In this document: piece after piece, positions 1-10,630 of the stretch | How the letters are laid out: the number at the start of each line of letters is the position of its first letter | How positions within the stretch are numbered: position 1 is the stretch's first letter | Origin: Alphaproteobacteria bacterium | GTDB taxonomy: Bacteria > Pseudomonadota > Alphaproteobacteria > SP197 | DNA: 64,000 nt | NCBI GenBank assembly: GCA_964291265.2 | Contig: OZ219747.1 | Span: forward strand, 1,152,001-1,216,000 | Direction of reading: 5' to 3' | The notes under the pieces: generated by a model | What the model saw: the letters and a program-made list of their open reading frames with translations, nothing else | Database searches by the model: none | Told to the model about the DNA's origin: nothing | Made by a program: the position numbers and the translations under genes

Positions 1-157
1 ACCCTTCGGAGGTCACCGGACTGATGACCCACCACCTCGTTCATGACGCGGCATGCCACGCCTTCATCGCCCGATTCGTCCATACCGTTGCGCGGCACCC
101 GGCAGGGCGCTGGCTTTCTGCAGCCACGGTGTTTGGCGCTACGAGGCGAGCGGACGC

Positions 158-691
158 ATGAAGGCACCAGGCGCCCTGCGCTATGGCATCCGGAGCATCG
201 CTGCCGACTACGTGCGCGCGGCGTTCGGAGCGTTGGTGTGCCTCGTTCCGCCGGTGTTCATGAACGTGGCGGCCGTGCTGGCGTGGGTTCTCGTGGCGGC
301 GGGTGCGCTGTTCGTGGCCTTTGGCCTGAGAACCCTGCTGCGCCACCTGACCACCTATGAACTCTCCCCGGAAGGGGTGAGAGCCATGGGTCCGCTCGGC
401 GCCACGGTCTCCTGGACGGGTCTGACAGCCATCAGTCTCGCCTACTTCCAGACGCGCCCGAGGCGCAGGATCATCGCAAGGTCTCCGGGCGGCTGGATGG
501 AGCTCACCCTTCGCGAAGGGCGGCAGGCCATCAGGATCGATTCCTCCCTCGAAGGATTCGATGACATCGTCGGCGAGGCCGCGCGGGTCGCCCGCAAGCG
601 CGGACTGACGCTCAATCCGGTCACTCTCGCCAACCTGGCGGCCATGGGATTCGTCGAGGCTTCAGAAGACAAGGAGGAGGTCCCGTCGTGA
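158..691 (+). CDS. hypothetical membrane protein (two N-terminal TM helices plus soluble domain)
   Basis: ATG at 158 (MKAPGALRYG...); hydrophobic segments; stop overlaps the GTG of the next gene (GTGA). Confidence 0.7.
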   Translation: MKAPGALRYGIRSIAADYVRAAFGALVCLVPPVFMNVAAVLAWVLVAAGALFVAFGLRTLLRHLTTYELSPEGVRAMGPLGATVSWTGLTAISLAYFQTRPRRRIIARSPGGWMELTLREGRQAIRIDSSLEGFDDIVGEAARVARKRGLTLNPVTLANLAAMGFVEASEDKEEVPS

Positions 692-2556
692 TCCCCCTCA
701 TCGAGGTCAGGGATCTCCACATCCGCTTCCGGGTGGGAGACGGCGCCGTCGAAGCTGTCAAGGGAGCGTCACTGACCATGTGGCCGGCGCGCACCCTGGC
801 GCTGGTCGGTGAATCGGGCTCCGGCAAGACCGTGATTTCCCAGGCGATCATGCGCATTCTGCCGCGGGCAGCCGAGATTACGTCGGGCCGCATCCTGCTT
901 CACGATCCCCGGCAGCGTGGCGAAGCGCCGGTCGACATCATCTCTCTCGACGAGAATGGCCGGGCGATGAGAGCCATCCGCGGCGGGCGCATATCGGTGA
1001 TCTTCCAGGAGCCCATGACGTCCCTGTCGCCATTGCACACGGTAGGTGACCAGGTCAGCGAAGCGCTCCATCTCCATCGCCGCTGCACGAGGGCAGAAGG
1101 CCGTGAACTCACCATCGACATGCTGCGCCTCGCCGGTTTTCCGGATGCACGCGCCGCCTTCGACAGCTATCCCTTCGAGCTTTCCGGCGGCTTGCGCCAG
1201 CGCGCCATGATCGCCATGGCGCTGGTTTGCCGTCCGGCATTGCTGATTGCCGATGAACCCACCACCGCGCTCGATGTCACCATCCAGGCGCAGATCCTCA
1301 AACTGGTGAACGACCTCAAGGACGAGCTCTCGATGGCGGTGCTGATGATCACCCATGACCTGGGTGTTGTCGCCAACGTCGCCGAGGACATCGTCGTCAT
1401 GTACCACGGCAGGATCATGGAACAGGGTTCCCTCGACGACATCTTCCGCCGGGCCCGCCATCCCTATCTCAAGGGCCTGCTGGCGGCCGTGCCGCGCCTT
1501 GGGCTGGGTCCCGGGGAGCGTCTGGTCCCGCTGCGCGAGATACCGATGGCGAACATCGCTGCCAAGGACCGCACGGAGGCTCGCGGGAGCGCGGGTGAAA
1601 CACTGCTTTCGGTCAAGGGACTGACGAAGACCTTCACCATGCGCAAGTCCGGCTTCATATCCCGCGCCAGGGCCCGGCGATGTGCGGTCAACGATGTCAG
1701 CTTCGAGGTGCGGCGTGGCGAGTGCCTCGGTTTGGTTGGCGAATCGGGGTGTGGCAAGACCACGACCAGCAAGCTCATACTCAAGGCCCTGGAACCCGAT
1801 GCGGGAACCATCACCTTCGTTGACGACGGCCAGCCACGGGATGTCGTGGCGCTGAGGGACACGGATCTCTTCGCTTACCGCAGGAAGGTGCAGTTCATCT
1901 TCCAGGACCCCTTCGGATCGCTCAATCCGCGCATGACGGTGTTCGACATCATCGTCGAACCATTGCTGATTCACGGTGTGGAGAGCGCCGAAGGGCGCGC
2001 TGACAGGGTCAAGGACCTCATCAGTGTCGTCGGCCTGGATGTCCGCCACCTGCGTCGCTATCCGCACAGTTTTTCCGGCGGACAACGCCAGCGGATCGGC
2101 ATCGCCCGGGCCCTTGCCCTCGAACCGGAACTGTTGATCTGCGATGAACCGGTCTCGGCTCTCGACGTCTCGATCCAGGCGCAGGTCCTCAACCTGCTGA
2201 AGGACCTGCAGCGGGAACTGGGACTCACCTACATCTTCATTTCGCACAATCTTGCCGTGGTCGACTACATGGCGGACCGCATAGCCGTCATGTGCGCCGG
2301 GCGACTCGTCGAACAGGCAAGCCGCGAGGAACTTTTCGGCAATCCGGTGCATCCCTACACGAGGGCCCTGCTGGACGCCGTTCCGGTGCCCGACCCGCAA
2401 CGCCGCCTTGACCTGTCACTGCTCATGGAAGGCCGCGCCTCCGTTCCGGCCGAGTGGCCCGAGCCCTTCCGGGAGACCGGGGGTCTCGGCAGGGTGCTCG
2501 TCGGTGACGGTCACTGGGTGCGGGCCACGGCCGCTCCGGGGAGTGTCCTGTCTTGA
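688..2556 (+). CDS. peptide/nickel ABC transporter ATP-binding protein, fused double ATPase (DppD/DppF-like)
   Basis: Two Walker A motifs ([16 protein letters not shown]); signatures LSGGLRQR and FSGGQRQR; DEPTTALD and DEPVSALD. Confidence 0.95.
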   Translation: MIPLIEVRDLHIRFRVGDGAVEAVKGASLTMWPARTLALVGESGSGKTVISQAIMRILPRAAEITSGRILLHDPRQRGEAPVDIISLDENGRAMRAIRGGRISVIFQEPMTSLSPLHTVGDQVSEALHLHRRCTRAEGRELTIDMLRLAGFPDARAAFDSYPFELSGGLRQRAMIAMALVCRPALLIADEPTTALDVTIQAQILKLVNDLKDELSMAVLMITHDLGVVANVAEDIVVMYHGRIMEQGSLDDIFRRARHPYLKGLLAAVPRLGLGPGERLVPLREIPMANIAAKDRTEARGSAGETLLSVKGLTKTFTMRKSGFISRARARRCAVNDVSFEVRRGECLGLVGESGCGKTTTSKLILKALEPDAGTITFVDDGQPRDVVALRDTDLFAYRRKVQFIFQDPFGSLNPRMTVFDIIVEPLLIHGVESAEGRADRVKDLISVVGLDVRHLRRYPHSFSGGQRQRIGIARALALEPELLICDEPVSALDVSIQAQVLNLLKDLQRELGLTYIFISHNLAVVDYMADRIAVMCAGRLVEQASREELFGNPVHPYTRALLDAVPVPDPQRRLDLSLLMEGRASVPAEWPEPFRETGGLGRVLVGDGHWVRATAAPGSVLS

Positions 2557-4439
2557 GCGTGCGGGTTACCGCGGCGCTCCTCGTGGTGCTTCTTGCCATG
2601 CCGGCCCTCGCCGAGGAAGCGCCGTGGCTCGCCTCTCGTGTCAGGGCCGGAGACCTGCCGCCCCTTCACGAGCGCCTGCCGGATGAACCTCTCGTCGTCG
2701 TCGACGGCCGGGCAACGGGCGACTACGGTGGTGACTGGAACATGCTGATCAGCCGCGCCAAGGACACGAGGATCCTCGCTGTCTTCGGATACGCCCGGCT
2801 GGTCGGATATGACGGGTCCTTCTCCCTGGTGCCCGACATCCTCGACTCCTTCACCGTCGAGGACGGGCGCATCTTCACCTTCCGGTTGCGCCGCGGCCAT
2901 CGATGGTCGGATGGCCGTCCCTTGACCTCGGAGGACTTTCGCTACTGGTGGGAGGACGTTGCGGGACACCCGGAGCTCTCTCCGTCGGGCCCTCCCGCGG
3001 CGATGCGCGCCGGAGGCGCCCTGCCGCTCTTCGAAGTCATCAGCGACGAGATCGTGCGCTATACCTGGCCCACTCCCAACCCTGATTTCCTGCCGGCGCT
3101 GGCCGGCGCCGCTCCCCTCTTCATCTACCGTCCGGCCCACTACATGAAGCAGTTCCATGTGGATCATGGCGACGCCGGGACGATCGCGCGTCGGGCCGCC
3201 GAAGCCGGCAAACCGGGCTGGGCGTCGCTCCACAACGCTCTCGACAACCTCTATCGCTTCGACAATCCCGACCTTCCCACCCTGCAGCCATGGACCATTA
3301 CCAACGAGGCGCCGGCCCAGCGGTTCATCGGTGAGAGGAATCCCTTCTATCACAAGGTGGACGCCCGGGGCCGGCAGCTCCCTTACGTTGACCGTGTTGT
3401 CATGACCGTCGTTGACAGCAAGCTCATCCCTCTCAAGACGTGGGCGGGGGAAGCCGACCTTCAGGTGCGGGGACTGGCCTTCAACGACTACACCTTTCTC
3501 AAGGAAGGAGAGGAACACAACGACTATGAGGTGCGGCTGTGGCAGACGGCAAGAGGGAGCCAGCTTGCTCTCTATCCCAATCTCAACGTGGCTGATCCGG
3601 TGTGGCGCACGGTGCTGCGGGACCTCCGCTTCCGGCGTGCCCTTTCGCTGGCCATCAACCGCCGGGAGATCAACCAGGTCATCTACTTCGGTCTCGGCCT
3701 TGAAGGGCAGAACACCGTTCTTCCCGCATCGTCCCTCTACCGCGCCGAGTTTCGCGACGCCTGGGCCCGATTCGATCCCGAGGAGGCCAACCGTCTGCTC
3801 GACGACATGGGGCTTGCCGTCGACGACGGCATGCGCCTGCTTCCCGACGGCAGACCCCTCGAGATCATCGTCGAGACTGCCGGCGAGAACCCCGAAGAGA
3901 CCGACATACTCGAACTGATCCACGATTCCTGGGCAGTGGTCGGGATCAAGCTCTACCCCAGGCCCCTGCAGCGCGAGGTCCTGCGCAACCGCGTCTTCGC
4001 CGGCAAGACGGTGATGGCCATGTGGTTCGGCCATGAGAACGGCGTGCCGGTGGCGGACATGAGCCCCGGCGAGTTCGCGCCCACCACCCAGCAGCTGCTG
4101 ATGTGGCCGCGGTGGGGCCAGTACCACGAAACCGGCGGCGCCGCCGGGGAGCCCATCGACATGGAAGCGCCCCGACGTCTCATGGATCTCTATCTTGCAT
4201 GGCGCGACAGCCGGACCGTCGATGAGCGCCGGACCATCTGGGAAGAGATGCTGGAACTCTACTGCGACGGCGTCTATTCCATCGGCCTGGTTGCCGGAAT
4301 CCCCCAGCCCCTTGTCGTCTCGAACCGGATGAGGAACGTGCCGCAGGAAGCCGTCTACAACTGGGATCCCGGCGCCCAGCTCGGTGTATGGCAGCCCGAC
4401 ACGTTCTTCTTCGTCGATGGCGACGACGGCCGGCCATGA
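2553..4439 (+). CDS. ABC transporter substrate-binding protein, family 5
   Basis: Signal peptide, LPPLHERLP, FTFRLRRGHRWSDGRPLTSED, FRRALSLAINREEI-like motif. Confidence 0.93.
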   Translation: MSVRVTAALLVVLLAMPALAEEAPWLASRVRAGDLPPLHERLPDEPLVVVDGRATGDYGGDWNMLISRAKDTRILAVFGYARLVGYDGSFSLVPDILDSFTVEDGRIFTFRLRRGHRWSDGRPLTSEDFRYWWEDVAGHPELSPSGPPAAMRAGGALPLFEVISDEIVRYTWPTPNPDFLPALAGAAPLFIYRPAHYMKQFHVDHGDAGTIARRAAEAGKPGWASLHNALDNLYRFDNPDLPTLQPWTITNEAPAQRFIGERNPFYHKVDARGRQLPYVDRVVMTVVDSKLIPLKTWAGEADLQVRGLAFNDYTFLKEGEEHNDYEVRLWQTARGSQLALYPNLNVADPVWRTVLRDLRFRRALSLAINRREINQVIYFGLGLEGQNTVLPASSLYRAEFRDAWARFDPEEANRLLDDMGLAVDDGMRLLPDGRPLEIIVETAGENPEETDILELIHDSWAVVGIKLYPRPLQREVLRNRVFAGKTVMAMWFGHENGVPVADMSPGEFAPTTQQLLMWPRWGQYHETGGAAGEPIDMEAPRRLMDLYLAWRDSRTVDERRTIWEEMLELYCDGVYSIGLVAGIPQPLVVSNRMRNVPQEAVYNWDPGAQLGVWQPDTFFFVDGDDGRP

Positions 4440-5434
4440 TCACCTTCACCGTCCACCGGCTCATCGTCATGGTGCCGACGCTGATCGGCATCAGCCTCAT
4501 CACGTTCATCATCATCCAGCTGCCGCCCGGGGATTTCCTGTCGACCATGATCGCCGAATGCGAGGCCCGGGGTGAGTCGGGCTGCATGGAACAGGTCGGC
4601 ATTTACCGCCAGGAGTTCGGCCTCGACCGGCCCATGTGGCAGCAGTACGTGATCTGGGTCGCCGACCTTGTCCGGGGCGACATGGGAATCAGCTTCGAAT
4701 ACAACAAGCCGGTGGCCGAGGTCATGGGCGAGAGTCTCTGGCTCACCATCATCGTGTCCGGCGCGACCATCGTCTTCACCTGGGTCGTCGCCTTTCCCAT
4801 CGGGGTCTACTCGGCGACTCACCAGTACTCCTGGGGAGACCACGGGCTCACCTTCCTCGGTTTTCTTGGCCTGGCCACGCCCAATTTCCTGCTGGCCCTT
4901 GTGCTGCTGTTCCTCGCAAACGTGTGGTTCGGGACGTCGATTGGCGGGCTCATGGATCCCGTCTACATCGATCAGCCCTGGACCCGGGGGAAGGTCCTCT
5001 CGATCCTGGAACACCTGTGGATTCCGGTGGTGGTGATCGGTACGTCCGGTACGGCGGGCATGATCCGCCGCCTGCGCGCCAATCTGCTTGACGAACTTCA
5101 CAGGCAGTACGTCGTCACGGCGAAGGCGAAGGGGCTGCATCCGGTGAGAGTGCTCGTGCGCTATCCGCTGCGCATGGCGCTCAACCCCTTCATCTCGGAT
5201 ATCGGCAATCTGCTTCCCCAGGTCATCTCCGGAGCGGTGATCGTGTCGGTGGTGCTGTCGCTCCCCACCACCGGACCGATCCTGCTGCGCGCCCTGCAGA
5301 CCCAGGACATGTATCTCGCTGGCTCTTTCCTGATGTGCCTGGCGCTGCTCACCGTCCTCGGGGTGCTGGTCTCGGATCTGTTGCTGGCGCTGCTCGATCC
5401 ACGCATCCGCCTGGGCAGCAGTGGGAGCCGGTGA
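4436..5434 (+). CDS. ABC transporter permease (OppB/DppB-like)
   Basis: ATGA overlap with the SBP stop; IIQLPPGDF, YVVTAKAKGL (EAA loop), C-terminal LLDPRIR. Confidence 0.93.
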   Translation: MITFTVHRLIVMVPTLIGISLITFIIIQLPPGDFLSTMIAECEARGESGCMEQVGIYRQEFGLDRPMWQQYVIWVADLVRGDMGISFEYNKPVAEVMGESLWLTIIVSGATIVFTWVVAFPIGVYSATHQYSWGDHGLTFLGFLGLATPNFLLALVLLFLANVWFGTSIGGLMDPVYIDQPWTRGKVLSILEHLWIPVVVIGTSGTAGMIRRLRANLLDELHRQYVVTAKAKGLHPVRVLVRYPLRMALNPFISDIGNLLPQVISGAVIVSVVLSLPTTGPILLRALQTQDMYLAGSFLMCLALLTVLGVLVSDLLLALLDPRIRLGSSGSR

Positions 5435-6597
5435 TGCGCGACGCATCCGGCCATCTCGACCACTGGACCGATACCGGGCCCTGGGACCCTCATGATGTCG
5501 ACACACTGACGCCGGAACTCGAGCGCTTCTATCTCGCCAACCAGTGGACGCTGATGTGGTGGAAATTCCGCCGCCACCGCCTTGCCGTCATCTCCGGCAT
5601 CATCCTTGTGGCCACGTTCGTTTCCATCGCCATTTCGGAGATTCTCGCCCCCTACAATCTCCACACGCGCCACACCGACCACATCTATGCGCCACCGCAG
5701 ATGGTGCGGCTGTTTCACGAAGGCCGGTTCGTCGGGCCCTTCGTCTACGGCTACGACCACCGCCTTGACATGTCCAACCTGCAGCGTGTCTACACCCCGG
5801 ACCGGACCAGGGTCGAACGTCTGCGGTTCTTCTGCCTGGGCGATGCGTACACTTTCTGGGGCATGGTCGAGATGCGGTTCCACGTCGTCTGCCCTGCCGA
5901 GGGCGGCACGCTCTTCCTGCTGGGGAGCGACAGGCTGGGACGCGATCTCCTGTCCAGAATCCTCATGGGCGCGCGGATATCGCTCACGGTGGGCCTCATC
6001 GGCATCGCCATCAGCTTCTTCCTGGGAGTCGTCCTGGGTGGCCTCTCGGGCTACTGCGGCGGCTGGGTCGACGGTCTCGTGCAGCGCATGATCGAGATCA
6101 TGCGCAGTTTCCCGGAATTGCCCCTGTGGATGGCGTTGTCGGCGGCCCTGCCGATCACCTGGAGTCCGGTCCTGGTCTACTTCGGCATCACCATCATTCT
6201 CGGCCTCTTCGACTGGACCGGACTGGCGCGGGCCGTACGCTCCAAGCTGCTGGCCCTGAGGGAGGAGGACTTCGCCACCGCTGCCGTGCTCATGGGTGCG
6301 AAGCCGTCACGGGTCATCTTCCGTCACCTGCTTCCCGGCTTCACCAGCCATCTCATTGCCTCGGCGACCCTTTCCATTCCCGGCATGATCCTCGGCGAGA
6401 CGGCGCTCTCCTTCCTGGGCCTGGGTCTGAGGCCACCGATCACGAGCTGGGGCGTTCTCCTGAACGAGGCCCAGAACATCAACATCGTGGCGCTCTACCC
6501 CTGGCTCATGCTCCCCGTCGTTCCCGTCATCATTGTCGTTCTCGCCTTCAATTTCCTCGGCGACGGATTGCGCGACGCCGCCGATCCCTACCGCTGA
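5434..6597 (+). CDS. ABC transporter permease (OppC/DppC-like)
   Basis: LGSDRLGRDLLSR, ETALSFLGLG, FNFLGDGLRDAADPY. Confidence 0.93.
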   Translation: MRDASGHLDHWTDTGPWDPHDVDTLTPELERFYLANQWTLMWWKFRRHRLAVISGIILVATFVSIAISEILAPYNLHTRHTDHIYAPPQMVRLFHEGRFVGPFVYGYDHRLDMSNLQRVYTPDRTRVERLRFFCLGDAYTFWGMVEMRFHVVCPAEGGTLFLLGSDRLGRDLLSRILMGARISLTVGLIGIAISFFLGVVLGGLSGYCGGWVDGLVQRMIEIMRSFPELPLWMALSAALPITWSPVLVYFGITIILGLFDWTGLARAVRSKLLALREEDFATAAVLMGAKPSRVIFRHLLPGFTSHLIASATLSIPGMILGETALSFLGLGLRPPITSWGVLLNEAQNINIVALYPWLMLPVVPVIIVVLAFNFLGDGLRDAADPYR

Positions 6598-7663
6598 CGG
6601 GGAGCCCTTCCTTGGCCCGGCGGTCAATCCATCGGATGGCCATGACAGCCAGGCACGCCCCACGATCGTTCGGAGGCCCCGCGTCCTCATCGATTCGCCC
6701 GGTGAACGCGGCTGAGCGCTCTTCGGGTCAAGGACGTGACGGTGCAGGCTCATGGCCGGATGGCCGGCGGTTTCCTGTCGGCTCACCCGACGGGCACATC
6801 GAGGCGATACGCGCAGAACCTGATGTTGCTCGCAGCCAGGTACACCGACGCCACCCGTGAACCTCCGGCCGAAGAAGCGCACCGAGGACGGAGTCGTCTC
6901 GGCACAGCAGAAGCCAAGCGGCGGACGTCGCCGCGAAGAACAGGTGTTGGGCGCGTGCGGCTTGCGCGGATACCGCGCACTGTGAAGGCGACCGCCGCCA
7001 TGCCGGCATCCCTCCAGGTGGCAGCGCTCCGCCTCGGCCGCATCAATCCTTATCAAGGAGAGGCCAGACATGGGCGCAGGAAAGCATGGAACCCGGGAAG
7101 GAAACGTGCGACATTGACTGGCCTCCGCTGATCTCATCGTCACGGAGACAAGCCCCTCGGCCGACTTCTTGCAGGTCGGTCGAAGGGCAACCACCCCAGA
7201 CCAGCAGACAATTCAAGCAGAACCGACGGAATCCACGTCAGAAATCACGCAAACGCTTTCTGGCGCACCTGGAATCCGTCATGTCCGTGGTGTTGCTGTC
7301 GCGGGATTCACCCCGCCTTCAGCGTGATTTCGCCAACTCCAGGAACTGGCGTTTCCGTCTCGCTTCTCACGGCGGTGGTTCCTGCATCCGCGAGCAGTCC
7401 GTGATGGAAGGTGGGGACAACACGCCGGGGGCGGTGCTCTGCGAACGTTCAGGACCAGGTGCTGCGCAGAAACGGCGTCACTTTCGGCCCCGGCGACCCG
7501 TAGTGTTCCCTGTGGAACCTGCTGGCACTCGCCGGCATCGACGAAGACGACTGGACGCCTGAGGTTTCGATACTGGACCCCGCCGGGAACGCTGGATGAT
7601 GGGCGAGAAGAGCGGCCGGGCTTGCGGGTTCTTGGCGCCCTCCCGGAAGGCGCCCTTGCGGAT

Positions 7664-8743
7664 TCAGATGCCGATGTCGCGCCGGATGTCGAAGGCGCGT
7701 TCGGCACCGGGATAGCGCCCCAGGAGTTCACGGACATGCGGTCGGTCAAGGAATGCCAGCCTGCCGCACCTCCAGTAGTCCTCTCCGTCAAGGGAAACCG
7801 TCGTGTCGAAGAGAGAGATCGCGACATCGCCAGGTGCGGTTCCGCAGGCATGGAAATGCGTGTAGCGCGGGCTGCCGAAAACCATGTCGGCCCACTTCTC
7901 GATATCGTCCTCGGCACACCCGTTGAAGAAGACCGTTGGATTGATGCCGGCATGCCAGGAGTGGATCCTGAAGGCCTCGCCCCCCGTGCGGGCGGCGACA
8001 CTCTCGAAATGCCGGCGGACACGATCGACGTCTTCCGTCTCGCCGCAGATGGCAACGATCCTGCCCTCCTCAAGCCGCAGGACGAGAGGAACGGGCAAGG
8101 GCAGGAGGCTGTCGTCGTAGAGATGGGTGGAGGTTGACAACAGCCACCTGGAAAGGACGATGCGCCCGGACAGTCCGCGGGCCTCGATCGGTGGAACGAT
8201 CATCACCGGGAACTGCCTGACGCTGAAGTCCTCCAGCTCCGCGGCATCGCCGGACACCGGGCCGGCGAGCTCGGTGCCCTCGGGACAGGTGATGCGGCAG
8301 TGCTGGCCCCGGGCGATCTCCCGTCGAAGAAGTCTGCAGACCTCGCTCAAGGCGCCGTACGGCGCGCGAGCAAAGGGATGGCGCAGATACTCGATGTCGT
8401 GGAGGTAGCACATCGTCCTGGTGCCCGGACCCTCCATGTCGCTGAACCGCACCTGATCACCGAGCCGGGAAACGAAGATCGTGTGGTCCACCTGGGCCAT
8501 GACCCGAGCGACCTCATCCGGAACGTCCTCGGGCCCATTCGTTTTCCGTGCGATCACGGTTTGTGGTCGGCCTCCCAGTTCGCGTGCCGCCGTGGCGAGA
8601 ACCCGGCAGACGCTGGTATCGAAGAACGCGCGCCGGTGGTCTTCTCCCACGAAAAGCACATCGTCGCCCCTGCGCATGCCGACACAGTCAAGAAGCAGGT
8701 TGCGCGCACCGTCGCGCAGGTCGTCATCGAGGAGGGCGTTCAT
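7664..8743 (-). CDS. uncharacterised metalloprotein, M29 aminopeptidase / NicX (2,5-dihydroxypyridine dioxygenase)-like fold
   Basis: Motifs ITCPEGTEL, SWHAGINP, YTHFHACG...GD, DTTVSLDG; ATGA-coupled to the upstream oxygenase. Confidence 0.6.
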   Translation of the reverse strand: MNALLDDDLRDGARNLLLDCVGMRRGDDVLFVGEDHRRAFFDTSVCRVLATAARELGGRPQTVIARKTNGPEDVPDEVARVMAQVDHTIFVSRLGDQVRFSDMEGPGTRTMCYLHDIEYLRHPFARAPYGALSEVCRLLRREIARGQHCRITCPEGTELAGPVSGDAAELEDFSVRQFPVMIVPPIEARGLSGRIVLSRWLLSTSTHLYDDSLLPLPVPLVLRLEEGRIVAICGETEDVDRVRRHFESVAARTGGEAFRIHSWHAGINPTVFFNGCAEDDIEKWADMVFGSPRYTHFHACGTAPGDVAISLFDTTVSLDGEDYWRCGRLAFLDRPHVRELLGRYPGAERAFDIRRDIGI

Positions 8744-9705
8744 GTGGTTCCATCGTCATAGGAGAATGCTCTGGCGAACCGCGATACCAGATAGTCGCCG
8801 CAGGCAATCGGAGCGTGACCGGGAACCTCGCCCTTCGCGCACGACACCGAAGGATCGATCAGGGTGTCGAAATCAGGGTCGAATGCCAGAACGATCGACA
8901 GTCTCTCGCGTCCCGACCGGTTGATCACCCGGTGCGGTGTCGAACGCAGCTTGCCGTTGCTCCACCTGGCCAGCAGGTCCCCCACATTGACGACAAGCGT
9001 GCCCGGAACGGGAGGCGCCGCGATCCAGTCGCCTGCGTAGTCCTCGACCTGGAGGCCTCCGACCTCGTCCTGGCAAAGCACGGTCAGAACTCCGAAATCC
9101 GTGTGCGGGGACACGCCGAAGACCTCGGGGCCCAGTGTCGCCGGTTGAGGTGGATAGTAGGCCAGTGAAGCCCGACTGAGCGGCCTGGAGGTCCGTTGAA
9201 GAAAGGTGTCGGCTGCGAGGCCAAGCCCCAGGGCGCAACCGCGCAGGACATGTCGGGCAACGTCGCTGCCGGCAACGAGATAACGTTCCAGAACCGGACG
9301 CAGGTCCGGTACCGACATGGGCCACTGGTTGACACCTTCCAGGGGCCTCATCCTCCGTGATGGGGGGAAATCATGGCCCCACACGAAGCTCTCCTTGAGA
9401 TCCGGAATGGCGTCATCATCCATCCTGGAGGCGCCGGGTCTGAGGTAGCCCCGGTGATCCCTGTTGATGGAGACTTCCCGCTTGACCTCGCCGTTCTGCC
9501 GAAAGAACGTCAGTCCCGTGCGATGCGCTTCGGCGATCAGCTGCGGATCGATCCCGTGATTGCGGATGTAGAGGAATCCGACCTCCCGGCTTGCCTCGTG
9601 GATCTCTCTCGCCACACCGAACTCCGTGGAACCGTCGCGCAACGGACCGATATCGATGATCGGTATGGCAGAGGTGTCGATCTCCCTGTGTGCGGCGTAA
9701 CCCAT
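8740..9705 (-). CDS. 2OG-Fe(II) oxygenase, isopenicillin N synthase family
   Basis: IPIIDIGPL, GFLYIRNHGI, intact PHTDFG (HxD), STPHRV, RERLS. Confidence 0.92.
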   Translation of the reverse strand: MGYAAHREIDTSAIPIIDIGPLRDGSTEFGVAREIHEASREVGFLYIRNHGIDPQLIAEAHRTGLTFFRQNGEVKREVSINRDHRGYLRPGASRMDDDAIPDLKESFVWGHDFPPSRRMRPLEGVNQWPMSVPDLRPVLERYLVAGSDVARHVLRGCALGLGLAADTFLQRTSRPLSRASLAYYPPQPATLGPEVFGVSPHTDFGVLTVLCQDEVGGLQVEDYAGDWIAAPPVPGTLVVNVGDLLARWSNGKLRSTPHRVINRSGRERLSIVLAFDPDFDTLIDPSVSCAKGEVPGHAPIACGDYLVSRFARAFSYDDGTT

Positions 9706-9706
9706 G

Positions 9707-10306
9707 TCAGGTCGCTCCAGTCGTCTCACCGGCCGGGGTATAGTATCCCACCACGTCACCCTCGAGGGTCACGCCGAGCCCGTTGAGCAGGCGGTTGACG
9801 TAGTTGAAGTAACCGCAGATCTGGTTGACTTCAAGAATCGCGCCGTCCTCAACGCCGCAGTCCCGCATGGCTGCAAGGTCCTTTTCGACCATCGTGCCGG
9901 GTTCAAGGGTCAGTTTCCGGGCATAGCGGAGCATGGCAAGTTGCGCCGCCTCGAAGGCCGCCTCCGGACGTCCGGCCCTGAGCGCGGCGAGGATGGTGTC
10001 GGCACGTTCGTCATCTGCGATGAGATGACGCGCGTTGGCGAAGTGGTTGGTGAGGGAATAGTCACAGAGGTTGAGAATGCTGACCCAGGAGGCGATCACT
10101 TCCTGAAACCACATCGGGAGCCGGTTGCCGTCGTTGTGAAGGACGCTCGTGTAGAGTTCCCAATGGCCCGTCATGGTGTGTGGCCGAAGCGAATGGACAC
10201 GCATGACGTTGTCCACCCGACCGGATGGGCTGCGGGTCTTGTCGAGAATGGCCCTGAGCTCGGGCGAGGCCTTCGAATCTTCGATCATGGTGATCCAGGC
10301 CGTCAT
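9707..10306 (-). CDS. peroxidase-related AhpD/CMD-family protein
   Basis: EVIASWVSILNLCDYSLTNH; YARKLT...P; FNYVNRLLNGLGV. Confidence 0.85.
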   Translation of the reverse strand: MTAWITMIEDSKASPELRAILDKTRSPSGRVDNVMRVHSLRPHTMTGHWELYTSVLHNDGNRLPMWFQEVIASWVSILNLCDYSLTNHFANARHLIADDERADTILAALRAGRPEAAFEAAQLAMLRYARKLTLEPGTMVEKDLAAMRDCGVEDGAILEVNQICGYFNYVNRLLNGLGVTLEGDVVGYYTPAGETTGAT

Positions 10307-10630
10307 GGATTGTCTCCTCTGCGTGCGTCGCCATCAGGCGGCAAACCGCCAGACTGTCGGGATTGTCCGTACGAGTCCACGCCGAATTCAGAAACGATCA
10401 GGACATGGGTCCCGTCAACCTCCATATGACCGGCGCCATTCCGGTCATCTGCCTTTCGGGTGTGGCATCGCTGGAAGGGGCTCCTGCCTCCTGCAGACGC
10501 GGGCGTGACGATCAGGTACCGGTCGGATGTAAGTCGACTGCCGCGGTCAACGGGACCTGGAGACGGGGGCGCTGAAACGCCAGCTTCGTGGCTTTCGTCC
10601 GGCGTCGTCGATGGGACCTGCCCACTGTTC

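Noticed and set aside
7290-7350. Minus-strand VPGVGEIT...IPRQQH resembling an IS110 transposase fragment
   Set aside because: Too short and interrupted, with no element ends identifiable.
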